Below, one piece after another: positions 23,604 to 36,269 of a stretch of 64,000 nucleotides of DNA. The notes under the pieces were generated by a model. That model was not told the origin of the DNA. It did no database searches and saw only the letters and a program-made list of their open reading frames with translations. Within the stretch, counting starts at the first letter, position 1. The number at the start of each line of letters is the position of its first letter. Source of the stretch: Hypanus sabinus (taxonomy: Eukaryota); contig NW_026781548.1 of the NCBI RefSeq assembly GCF_030144855.1, forward strand, positions 1-64,000, read 5' to 3'. The translations under genes and the position numbers were made by a program.

Positions 23604-25942
23604 TGCCCCAAGATATCCCATGCACAGTTCCAGTGGGGCTCTGGACAGCCCCGATTAGCTTCCGCCCTCCACCCGTCCATGCACAAATAGGATCAAGCAG
23701 TGTTCCAGTCTGCCTCCACTCTCCTCCTTCCATTTTAATTTATTCACGTGTTCCCTGTAATGTCTCCCTCAGTTCCACCAAGTGGATGATTCTACCGATA
23801 CTTGTATGCGATGCCTTGACATCACCATCGCAATACGACCGTTGTCCCTGCCGGTATTCCGTGGGGCCCGAATGACTGCTCAGGTACGCCTGATGAAGCT
23901 CCAACTCTTTCCTCTGGCGCGGGCTATTGATTCCAAAAGCCCCTGCCTTTGAGCCGTTCAGGAAGACTGGATGCAGTACAACGGATTTCGTTTGGAGATC
24001 TGTCTGCTACCTCGGGAAAAATTTAATAAATCGCACTGAGGGAAGTTCACGTGATGTTTATTTATTTATTGATTCCCTCGTAGCTTTGCCTTCCTCATTC
24101 TCCGGTTAATTATCCGACTTTCTCGCCACTTCCCGCCGCTGAAGGAAAATAGGTTTCTCCCACAGACTGCTCCTCCAGACCAGGCTGATAGGTTAATTGG
24201 TCATTGTAAATTATCCCATTAGTAGGGTCGTTCGGAACGTGAAGCTTTTCGACAGCCAAGGCCAAACCTTTAGGAATAGACTGGAATTAAGACTTTTGAG
24301 GACTCGTTCCGGTCGGCTGAGACAAGAGATCGAGATGCATTGGATCGCGTGGCTTCAAAGAGAGTACAGAGGGCAGTGGTGGAGGACTGCCATTCTGCAT
24401 GTGACAATTGTTGCGAATTGTTTGACTTGGCTGAAACGGGCGGGGCTCATAAAGACTCTTGGAGACGACACAAACTTGATGGAGTTGTCGGTGATGAGGG
24501 AGCCTGGTGAAAGTCCAGTTGGACATGTAGCCGGGAAATGGCAGCTTTGTTGTACTAATACCAACTGATAGAATACAATACTGATACAATATGACAGTTC
24601 GCTCTCGAAAGACAGAGAAATAGGAGAATAAGAAATATCTTTAGGAATATAGCGAAAATGGAAAGAACAAAAAAAAAGGTTTATGCTGAGGGTTCAGAAG
24701 AATGTTCCGCTTGGTTGCGTTACGTATATGCAACACTAGGGAAAGTACCTTTTACATGCACGCAACATTGTAAAAGTTTCAGCAGCAATAGAACACACCT
24801 GCCGTCTGGGAGTGCTATTAACAATCACTGTTTTATCGGTAACTACGTAATATAGTAATTTAAGCCAGGTAAACCAAAGGTTAGCAGCATGATGCATATG
24901 TAGGCGCGTAAAAAAAAAGCTCCCAAACTTATTCAAGCCCAGGTGGCAAGAGTTACATTCTTACGATGGTATGTAAGAAACATCGGTTCAGTTCAAATAC
25001 ACATAAATTGAAGTGTGAGAGAGATATTTGTAATCCAAACAAACAGGTGTCGTCGATCTTCCCGTTGTCCTCTGAATCCTCACGCGGAACATCACTAACA
25101 GGAGGTTATCAGAATTCGGACCATCTTCAGGGGATCCACCATCCAGGCAACGGTGTACACGCCGTTATGTTCCACAAGTTTACCCCAATCGCACACATGA
25201 TAACAAAATATCCATATCCACGAACTACCTAATAACTCCAACAGTAATTTTCCAAACGGGTGCCTTTCTTCCGTGAGCTACCACACCCAGACAACGGGTA
25301 AATGCACACGTGGTATTAACAAAGCTTTTCCCCTCACCAGAGAACCTGCTCCTGCGGATTAACTCTGTGACAAACACACTTTTTTATGCGAATAGAAATG
25401 AACTCACGCTCCCCGGCTGCTTGGAGACAGAGTCCAAATGTGATCTCTTTATCACAAGGTTTTTTCTCCTTGAAACCTTCCACTCCTCTCCTCTCTGCAA
25501 ACTTTTTCTACCTCCAGCGACTTTAGAGAGTAATTTAAAAACACGTTGCATCAATCTCAACTCAAACATTTGGACTACTGAATGTTTAAACCAGTGCCGA
25601 CTCACTGGTGTCTTCCATTGACTAAATTCATCTTGTCTCTTACTGTGTGCCTCTATGTCTTTTTATATGCGGAAACAAGGCGCAGATAAAAATGTAAACA
25701 TTAATTGTCCACCAAATAACGCCACCTGTCGCAACATAACAGTATAAGAAATTTTAGAGTCAGCAGAAATACAGCAGTGTTTCAAGGTCAATCTTAATTC
25801 TCTCGGCCTTTTTGAAGTGACAGTCCACAGAAAGAATGAACCATGGGGGTAATTAACAGTCAAAACCCGCGCACAGGTAATTCAGTAACTCTGCTGTTTG
25901 AGTCACTCAACTGCAAAAATATCTAAGTAGATTTGTATGCCG

Positions 25943-25956
25943 CCAGCAGGTGGCAG
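25943..25956 (+). promoter_or_regulatory. Strong CTCF motif in the unit B 3' flank
   Basis: CCAGCAGGTGGCAG, matches the CTCF core. Confidence 0.7.
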
Positions 25957-26599
25957 ATTGTGATCCAGAGATTTTCTGTTTTAAACCAGGTATCGCATTA
26001 TCATCACAACGCATGAAGAACAGTTCATAGATAATGACCGACAGTGAGTCCTTCCGAGGGTTGTGATATATATAGAACTTACTAGGATGTCTGCAATTAG
26101 GGTGATTAATAACCTTGCAGCAGACACAAGAAAACATTTATTTACAAAAAAATGTACCGGGCAATTTCCATGCGGTAGTTTCAATTGAACTCTAAAGGGC
26201 AAGACGTTTACACAGAGAGTGTTGGGTACACTGGATGAGCTTCATTTTCTGCTGTTCGACGCACAAGCATCAATGGACTTTAAAAGAAGCCGACACAGAC
26301 ATGTGCCGATGAGGAAAAAGGAACGATATGGTCATTTACAAGCAGAACGGATTCGCTAGCAATTATAGAAACTTAGAAAATCTACAGCTCATTACAAGAA
26401 CTTCGGACCAGAATGTTGTGCTGAACATCAACTTACTTTATTAAATACCTAGAGTTAATAGTCCTGCGATGACGGGCACTGTTCCCCAAGTGGTCCCCAT
26501 TGAATAATTGGTAACTCGGTCGGTAGAGCGATATATATATATATTTCTTATCCGGACTCGAGGGCACAGGAAATGCAATAATTGAAAATAAATTATCTT

Positions 26600-28220
26600 T
26601 ATTTACGACTGTAATGTAGCAATGGGGGAAAGAAATGACCAATGTACTTCACGGGTTCTTTGAAAATATGTTTGCTATGGAAGGCACTGTCAGTGTGCTG
26701 GAGTTTCACGGATCGAGAGTGAGTGCCATTGCAATTGCAAAGGAAAAGAAGTGCTCAGGACAAACAAATGTCTTAAGATGGATAAATCTCCTGGGACAGA
26801 TGGACTAGATCCCAATGTGTTGAGATTGGTTTCTGAAGAGATAATGGATATATTTGTCATCTTCTTTCAAGAATGTCTTGAATCTCGGAGGACTGGAAGA
26901 TTACAAATGTGACTATACTCTTTACGAATCGATGAAGGCAGAAGATTGCAAATGTTAGGCTCGTTAGCTGAATTTAACTGAGAAAGAGTTGGACTGTTTT
27001 ATTAAGGATGAGATTACAAGATACTTGGAGTGTAATGATAAAATTGGTCAAAGTCGGGAGGGTTTCTCTGAATGGAAATCTAGCCTGGCAAATCTGTTAG
27101 ATTTCTTCGAGGAAGTGACAAGTGGGAAGGGGCGGGGAGGTGGAGGACTAAGTTGAGGCAGTGGATGTCATTTACTTGGATTTTCGGAAGATATTTGATT
27201 AGGTGCCTCACGTGAGGCTGTTTGAAATAACATAATCCTATGACGTAACAGTAAAGATACTGGCATCGATAGAGGAATGGCTGACAGGCAAGAAGCAACG
27301 AGAGGGAATAAAAGTGGCCTTTTGAGGTTGGCTGCTGGTGACATGTGGTGTACCTTCGTGTCAGTATTGGAACATATACTTTTCACCTTGTTTGTCCATG
27401 AATTGAATTGATGAAGGAATGAAATGAATGAATGAAATTAAATAAAGAAATTAAATGAATTTAGTTCGGTCAGTACAAACATAAAGAAAAGCATCATTTA
27501 CCGGAATGATTTCACAGGACACAATTATAACAAAAACTTAAGTATTCTTTTAATCAGATCGAAAGTGTGTAGGCTGAAGCTACAGCTTATTACGCCTGCC
27601 CCTCTTACTTATACAGCAACATATTTCCTGTCAATCGCCATATAAAAAACAAAAATATCATAATATTTTAACACAAAATCCGTCCAAATATAATCTTTTT
27701 ACATTACCCTCATGTATTTTAAATAATGTATTAATATTTGTTCAGGAAAATATTTCTAAACAATTTGGATAATAGGCTTAATGTCTTTGCTGCAAAGTTT
27801 GCGGACGATATGAAAATAGGTAGGCATGGGGATGGTAGAGCTGAGGAAACAATGAGATTGCTGCACGACAGACAAATTGGAAGGAAGGGAGGAAAGAAGC
27901 AGTTGGAATGCGGTTTTGGAAAATGTATAGTAATGCATTTTGGTAAAAGGGACAATAGGGCAGACTATTATCTAAATTGATAGAAAGTTGAAACATAAGA
28001 AGTGCAGAAGGGCTGAGCATTCCTCGTTCAGTACTCTCAGAAGTATAATCTACGGGTTACATCTGTTGTAAAGAAGGCCAATGCAATGTTGGCATATATA
28101 TGTCAGGTAATAGAAAATACAAACAAGGAGATAATGCAGACGGTTTATAAGATTCTAGTCAGGCCGCTCTTGAGAGTATTGGCAACCGTGTGGTGTCCCT
28201 TCCTTCAGAAATGATTTCTT
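26600..28220 (+). mobile_element. Decayed CR1 ORF2 (RT) fragments
   Basis: DKSPGTDGL, LLDFFEEVT, KFADDMKIG and related motifs with many stops and frameshifts. Confidence 0.75.
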
Positions 28221-28879
28221 GCGATTGGAGATTTTCGATGCGGAGAGAATGTTTCCGCTGATGGAGCTATCCATTACTGTTGGACGCAACCTCACAAATG
28301 ATGCGCGATCTTTCAGAACAGACATATGTGAGACGTATTTGGATATTCCTGTTGGAACTTGATCGCATCCGAATCGATCAGGACATCAAATGACACTGCG
28401 TGAAGGTTGATTCATGTGGCTGTTTGAGTTCTGGCATCAGACATGACAGAACTTCGTAGACGACTCGATAGCACAATTGCCTATTTCTGCTCCTTTCTCT
28501 AACGGTTGTATGTACTATCTAAATATTTCATTCGCATGTCTTTTATAATGTGCTGTTTTACATTTCCTTTTGTTATGTATCCCAGGGCTGACCACGCTAC
28601 TTGACTTCTTTAACTGTAGAACTTACTGAAACCCTTCTGCAAATTATTTGTGGGAGGGAAGATTAAAAAGCACAGCTTTCAAGACTCTAGTTTCCTGCCG
28701 CCGACCCCAGTGTATTTCTCTGACGATAGGACACACGGCCACGATTCCCTTCGAGCACGCGATCTTCCCGGTGTACTGCGTTCTTTTCCCGTGACGGATC
28801 AAGGCCCATTGCATTAACAAGGTCAACGGAGAATTCCAACCTCTCCAGCTTTGTGTCAATCGGATTAACGTTCACGTGG

Positions 28880-30400
28880 CCACACCAAAGTCAAAGTAAA
28901 TTCATTATCAAACTATGTTATCAGATGCTACCTTGAAGTAACTTTTCTCGCTGGCATGCAGAGCGCAACAGCGAAGTGGAACTGAATCATTGAAGTGCCA
29001 TGCCAGATCTGAGAAGATGGAACTACCCACTGTGCGATTGATGACAAACCGGGCAGACAAGCATAAATAAATTAATGAATAAAGGATGAATGTATTGATA
29101 GATAGGCAGGTTCGTTGGTGGACAAATAAAAAAAAAAGAAAATAACACTGTGAACATAAACTGAGGAATGCTTCAAAATGAATCATAGCTTGTGGAATCA
29201 TTTCAGATATGAGATTAGTGAGGATATCCAGACTGGTTCATGAGCCCGATCGTTGAAGATTAAGTCCTGTTCGTGAACTTGTTGCGTGGGAACTCCGACC
29301 ACATTTCCTCCCTCGCGATGGCAGCAGAGAGAAGATTGTTTTTCTCCTGGATGGCGAAGGCCTTTGATGATCGATGATGCTTTCTTCAGGTGCTCTTTGT
29401 AGCTGTGCTCAATGGTGGGGAGGATTGCCACTTTTTTAGGGACTGGGCCCGATATTTTTCCTGTTCCTGCGCATTGCTCCACATATGAGTTTGACAGAAC
29501 CATCTAATGTCAAGATGAAGCCACACTCCGCTTGGAGAAGCAACATCCTGTATTCCATCTGGGTAGCTTCCAACCTGATGGCATGCATATTGATTTCTCT
29601 AACTTCCGTTAATTTCCCTCCTCCCCTTCTTAACGCATCCTTTATCTGTTTCCTTATTTATTATTCCCCCTTTTTTTTCTCTATTTTTGTTCTCTGTCTG
29701 CCTCTCTCACAATCACTCCTTGCCTGTTGTCCATCTCCTTCTGTTGCTGCTCTTCCCGTTTCTTTCTCCCCAGGCCTCACGACCCATGATCCATTCTCTG
29801 TTCCAGCTTGGAATGCCTTTTGCCAATCAACTTTCGAGCTCTTAGCTTTATCTCTGTCCCGCATGTATTTTCCTATCATTTCGGATCACTCCCTCCCCCG
29901 CCCAATTCAAAACCTCTTGTTTTTTCTGCCGAAGTGCTTCGGACCGACGAGTCGACTGTACTTCTTTCCATAACTGCTGTCCGACCTGCTGTGTTCCACC
30001 AGCATTTTGGGTGTGTTGATTGAATTTCCAGCATCTGCAGATTTCCTCGTGTTGACGGAACCATTCATGGTACTCTCAACAGTCCATGGATAGAGGTGTG
30101 ACAATCTTTTCCATGCCATCCAGAATCTCCGCAAATTTCTAAGGAAGTCGAGGTGCTCTCTTGCCTTCTTCGAAATGGCACCTACGCGCTTGGCAGAGAA
30201 CGGATCTTCTGAAACGATGACGGTCAGGAAGATAAATTTGACATGACACCTGTGATTCATGTCGGGTTTCCTCTTTCCGTGGTCAGTAATCACCTCTTTG
30301 ATTTTTCTGACATTAAGCGAGAGGTTGTTGTGGTTCTCCTCATTCAGATTCTCACTCTCCCTCCGGTGTGCCGATTCGACCTCGCCTTTGATTTGACTCC
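28880..30400 (-). mobile_element. Rex1/Babar-like LINE 3' part, split by a Penelope insertion
   Basis: KKAREHLDFLRNLRRF...VESTMNGSV (30050-30300) continues at ~29490 into LPTIEHSYKEHLKKASSIIKGLRHPG. Confidence 0.6.
29504..30051 (+). mobile_element. Penelope-like element 3' fragment with a 13-bp target-site duplication
   Basis: DEATLRLEKQHPVFHLGSFQPDGMHIDFSNF plus PLE tail; flanked by TTGACAGAACCAT (29491-29503) and TTGACGGAACCAT (30052-30064). Confidence 0.75.
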
Positions 30401-31779
30401 CAGCAGATTCAATTACTCATCCAGCTCTATTTGTCGGGTTAAGGAACCAGTCATGTTTATCTCGGATAATCTATCTAATGCTTTTCCATATTTTATGGGA
30501 ATTCCAGCAGATTTTTATAAACTGTGGCAATGTTAAGAGCAATGGACTTTGTACAACCATCCTCTCCACTCCCTTCAAAGCCCATGCCTTCCAGAAACTA
30601 TCAAATAACATTGTATTGGACCCTGTGGAGGATCAGGATAATGACTATGGGAATTAAAGGGTTAAAGAATGCAGATCTAGACCCGTATTCACTGGAGATT
30701 AGAAGAATGAGTGGAGTTGGGGGAAAGGGTCTTATTGAAAAATATCGAATGTCAAAGCGAACAAGATGGAGTTTATATGGAGGACTCTGGGAACAGAGGG
30801 CAATACCTCAGAACAGACTGGTCCATTCACAGCAGATGTGAGATGGAATTTCAACAGCCAGTGAGTGGCTAATCTAAGGAATTGTCTGCCCCGGACGGTT
30901 ATGGAGACCACGTCGTTTGAGGTATTCAATGTGGAGATTCATAAGGAAGTTGAGAAGGCAGACGTATTGAATTCAAAAGACTCTTGATGGAACGCCCAAG
31001 CAGGCGCAATGGTCCCAAATGGTGTAATTCTGCTGTCTTGCTTCAGATCCTTCTTCTCTCTGTCCACCTATTCATCCATACAATGTTTGAGCAGAATCAG
31101 GTAATTTCACCCACTGGGTCTGCTCCGCCATTTCCTCTTGACTAATTCAATGTTCCACTAATTTCTCAGGTCAACCTTTCTCCCCTATCTGTTCATTACC
31201 TGACCAATCAGGAACCTATCATATTATGCCTTGAATATAGATAATGGCCTCGACAGCTGCCTGTAGCAATTGGATGAATTTACTCAATGGACAAAGGGTA
31301 AGTGCGTAAACTTTCGCAAGTTCGGATCGAACGAGCTACATAAGGAGTGAAACGAAGCCAGAAAAGAAATATAGGAGTAAAAACAGGAGGAATTTGTAGA
31401 TTCTGGAAATCCAACGAGAACACAGAAAGTACTGGATGAACTTAGAAATACAGGCTGTATCTATGGAAATGAATAACCATCAAGTGCTTTCGCTGGAAAC
31501 ACGTCTGCAGGAAATTAGTTAAACATGGAGGATCAATGAAAAATAATTGACAATCTGCATGAAGATAAATCACCAGACATCCTATGCATTTAGCAAGAGG
31601 AGGAAATGGTAGGTCCACACACTAATAAAGGGAGAATGTATCATTGGATGCGCAATATGCGCGCGGGTACTAACAGAGCACTTTGTTTCAGTATTTTCCA
31701 AGGAAACGGATAAGGGGGGGGGGGGAAGCTGGGATCCACTGTTTAGGGTCAAAATAAGTTACAACTTTTTGACGTCAAG

Positions 31780-33010
31780 TAAGAGCAGGGGCTGGGCCTC
31801 CAAAAATGTTGGCTTGGTCAGCGGATCCTGATGGAATTCATCCCATAGTTATTGAAAGAGGGAAGAGGGAATATTGCTCCAACCTTGGTTGGTTTCCTCA
31901 TGTCCCCTCCAGCCTCAGGCGATGTCGCGCAGGACTGGTCAGTGGTAATATTTTATCTCTTTTTAAAAAAGAGAAACGGTAAAGGCATAGAAAAATATGG
32001 ATAGGTGAGACTCACTTCGGTTATATGGAAGGAGGAGGTAACAATTCACACGTGCAGGATTTACGAGAGTTGGCAAACCCAGCCAGATTAGTGAGAGCTA
32101 GCATGGCTCCGTTCGGGGCAGATCCTGTCTTACAACTTCATTGGGTATTTTAACAAGGTGACGAAAGTTAATGATGAGGGTAGGGCAGTGGATGCTGTCG
32201 ACAAGGTTTCGGTCAGGCATTTCACATCCTCCCTCAAGGGAGGCAAAAACGAATTGTAAGAGGCAAGACAGTTAAGTGTGAGGTGGTTCGTTCTGGTAGG
32301 TCAGATATGACGGCAAAATATAGTATTAATGGAAACATAATTGCAGTGTGGAGTATCAGATGGATATTGGGGTCCTAGTCCATAAGACACTCATAGCAAC
32401 TGCGCAGTTTAATTCTCTGGATACGAAGACATGCTGTGTCTTGGCCTTCATCAATCGTGGAATTGCGTTTGAGAGCGGAGAGGTAATATTACTGATATAT
32501 TGGATCCTGGTGAGACCTCACCTGGTGTACTGTTTCTCTCTTCAAAGCACCTTACTACAAAAAGATGTGGAAAATATAGAAAGGGGGCAGAGGAGATTTG
32601 GAAGGGTGGTGCCTGGATTGGGGAGAATGTCTTCTGTCCTTGGAGCGACGGAGGATGCGCTGAGAACTTATAGAGCTGCATTAGATGATGAGAGGCATTG
32701 GTTGTATGCGTAATTAAAGGCTTTGTCCCGGGGCTGAAATGGCTATCACGAGAGGGCATGGTTTTAAGCTGCTGGAAGGAGGTACAGAAGAGATATCAGG
32801 TAACATTTTTAACACAGAGGTTAGTGAGTGCGTCATATAGGCTGCCGCTGACGATGAGAGGGTCTTTTGAGAGTCTCCTGGATCGGCACATGGAGCTAAA
32901 AAAAAATAACAGGGGGCCATCGGTAACACTAGGTATTTTATAATGTAATTATATGCTCGGCACAGCATCGTTGTCTGGAGGTTCTGTGTTGCGTTGCAAA
33001 CTTTCTGTGT
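31780..33010 (+). mobile_element. CR1 ORF2 3' portion, paralogous to the 3' end of the 51.2-55.1 kb CR1
   Basis: RT motifs (LVRPHLVYC, KDVENIERGQRRF); 3' end and junction align with 54800-55130. Confidence 0.8.
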
Positions 33011-33400
33011 TTCCATAATGGCTAAATAATCGTTTCTGCTTCTGAAACGCACATATCCTTCCATTTTCCTCAAAGGCACATGTCTGTCTCGGCTTCTTTG
33101 AAAGGCTCTACCATCACTCCAGGAAGTGCAGCCCATGTACCCGCTTGTCTCTGAGTACAATTCTTGCGCTTCAGAGTGCATTTGAAACGACCGCATGTAA
33201 CGTTGTGTATGGTTGTAAATAAATGTTTTTTGTGTCAACTGCAAGATTATTAATCAGGTAACTTGCACACATCCAAGTCAGTTGTGTATATCACAAACCC
33301 CTTAAGAACTCACTGTCGGACATTAACTATATGCTGTTCTCCATGCGTTGTGAATAAAATGCGATTCCTGGGTCACAACATAAAATTTCTGCATCACAAT

Positions 33401-33414
33401 CTGCCACCTGCTGG
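33401..33414 (-). promoter_or_regulatory. Strong CTCF motif in the unit C 3' flank
   Basis: Minus strand CCAGCAGGTGGCAG. Confidence 0.7.
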
Positions 33415-34620
33415 CGGCATAAAATCTACGTTTGTATTTTGCAGATGAGTGAATCAAACAGCAGAGTTACTGAAGTACCTGTCCACGGACAGGTGTTTCT
33501 ACCAAGCTGAACTTTCTTCTAATACCTCAGCATAACGCATGGTTTGTTCTCGCCACCTTTTGTATCTTCCTAAAAAATATTTCCTATTCTCGTATTTCTC
33601 TATCATTTGAGACCGAACTGTCGTATCAGTATGACGAATTGTCATTTCTCTGGCCACTTTTTCAACTGGGCTGGCACCAACCTCCCTCAACATGGACACC
33701 TCCATCACGTTAATGTCATCTGCAAGAGTATTTATGAGCGCGCCCATTTCATCCAAGTCAAACGCCGGAACATTCCCAACAATTGTCCCATGCCGAATGG
33801 TTGTCCTCCGCAACTGTTCTCCTGACTCCATTTAAAACCATGCTATCCAATGCAACTCGGTCTCATGTCCCAGGCGGACACGTTTTACAGACAGTGGCGG
33901 GGAAATGAGTAAAACGGCGGATAATAGGCCGGAGAATGGGAAAGACCAGGCTACGAGAGAATCAATGCATATATAACCATCACGTGCCCTTTCCTCAGCA
34001 ATCACCTTCCCCACATACACTATGTATGCAATCCAATTCGACAGTTAGGATTACTACTAGATATAGTGTCCAAAAAATCTTTAATATCCCAAAGGCTTTG
34101 CGGTGGGGATTGCTGCTCGGGCCGGACGATGGGATGAGGCGTTTTACCAGTGAGAGTTATTAACTTATTCTCGAGGTAGCAGACAGATCTACAAAGTACT
34201 CCGTTGCAAGGGGACACTTGCAGTATGTTCACGGCAACCAGTCTGCCTGAACGGTTCAATGGCAAGGGCTCTTGGAAACAATCGCCCTCGCCAGAGGGAA
34301 GAGATGGGGATACATAGGGAGCAGCTGAGCAGCGATTCGGGCCGCACGGAATACCCGCAGGGCACCACGGTCGGATTGCGATCGTGATGTCAAGGCTTCG
34401 CATGCCAATAAGGGTAAAATCACACACTTGCTGGAACTGAGGGAGACATTACCGGCAACCAGTGAAGAAAGTAAACTGGAAGGAGCCGAGTGCAGACAGA
34501 CTGTGGATGCTCCCAAATCCTGTTGGTGCATGGAGGGGTGGAGGGCGGCAGCTTTTCAGGGACATCCACATCCCCAATGACGAAAATGGATATTTGGAAA
34601 ATGGATATATGGGATAAGCG

Positions 34621-35538
34621 TCACTGAGGATTAATGCTCTCCAGACAACGCCGAGTGAACTTTGTCAGGAGACGGAAGGGAGATTTCATCGTCTCCTTCA
34701 GCTGAACCCTGAACCTGTCCTGGACCACGGCGTAAAGGGCCGTGTTGGTGCAGCAGCTCAGCAGTTGCAGCATGTAGCCCAGCTCCCGCAGGGTATACGG
34801 GGGATTCACGAAAACGTAAACACCGAGGCTCTACCATACGGAAGACACCGTCAGCAGCGCCCATAGCAGGATGAAATTCCCCGACATCAAAAGCAGAGGG
34901 ATTGCCTGCGGTTCTTCATCTCCGAGGCGGCGGAGATCTCACCATTGCGTGAACCACGGAGCCTCCTCCGGGCTCGGCTGGACACCAAGACGTATCTGAT
35001 GGTTAAACTGTTGAGCAAGAGAATCAGGATAAATGGTAATATTGGGGTGAATATGAAGTGAATCACCAGAAATGTTGCCAGCTGACGTCGGAAAAAGAAA
35101 TTGTAATTATCATAACAGACCAAGGACGTACTTAATACCGCATATGACCCTTCGAGCAAATATACCAGAAAATATTCTTTACGCAGCTTAACACAGTCAC
35201 TGTCCCCAGAACGAGAGCCGCCGCTCTCCCGGTGCAGTATTTTCGTTTCAGCTTCTGAAAACAAATGGCCACAAACCGATCAAAGGTGAAAGTGACGGTG
35301 AACCAGACAGCACAGTCCGTGGCGGCGTATAACACGACGGCGTGGGTATTACACACGGAAACACGATGTGACCAGAAGAAAATTTCTCCTGAAATGTAAA
35401 TCTTCGGAATTTTGCTCCATACCAGATCGAAGAGAAGGACCAGCTGATCCGCTGCTACCATGGCAACCAGGTACCTTGTGACGCCTTTTCAGAGACCGCA
35501 TTTTCCCTGCGACAGGATGACTAATGTCTCCACGTTCA
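34621..35538 (-). pseudogene. GPCR unit C, exon 2 (premature TGA plus frameshifts)
   Basis: cacag|TG AAC GTG...GKCGL*KGVTRYLVAMVAADQLVLLFDL...DRFVAIC...; frame switches near 35140 and 34890; ends ELGYMLQLLSCCTNTALYAVV...NPQ*. Confidence 0.92.
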
Positions 35539-36269
35539 CTGTGCGGAGAGAAATAGACACTAAGTCACATTTTGATGGAATCATTGTCTGTAAACTATTT
35601 TTTTTTTATCGACAGCACTTCCGGGGGCTGAGCGGAATATGGAATTAATGGATCTGCTAAGGAGATTATCGGGAGCCATTACTAAATCGGTGGTGATTAA
35701 AATGTACCTGCTGAAGTTCAGGATAAAGATATCTATTATTGAAAGGCCGAGATATCGTGGACATGGAGAGTACTTTCTGTAGTTGGGGAGTCTGCAAATG
35801 AATACGAGATTTCATAATAGAACGACTTAAGTTTGGAACAGAGATTGGGATCAAATTCCTTACACAACGGCTGGTGAATGTGTGTAATTTATCGCCACGG
35901 ACGGTTAAGGGAGCCATTTCATTGGAACCCTTTGCAGCGGAGTGTGATTGGCTCTTGATTCGGCAAGGTGTTAATGGATACGGGGAGCGGGCGCCCAAAT
36001 GTGGTTCAGAGGGATGATAAATCAGCCCTGTGCGCTAACCAGGGAAATCAGAGGATGGCTGGAATGTATCCTGATCTTTGCCGTCATGAGGAGTTGAGAC
36101 AAGGAAGTGTTAAGAGAATAACATACTGACTAATATGCCGTGTTTCCCGCTGACAGAAATTCATGTCACCTCAATTAAAACATAAGGACATCAGCAATCG
36201 GATCAGGAATTGTCCATCTGTTCGGATTGGCATGATCTGGCATTGAATGTGATCATGGCTGATCTAGAA

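Noticed and set aside
33499-33831. 110-aa ORF in the unit C 3' flank with a counterpart at 24197-24568
   Set aside because: Substitutions between the B and C copies are spread about evenly over codon positions and B is frameshifted, consistent with non-coding duplicated DNA.
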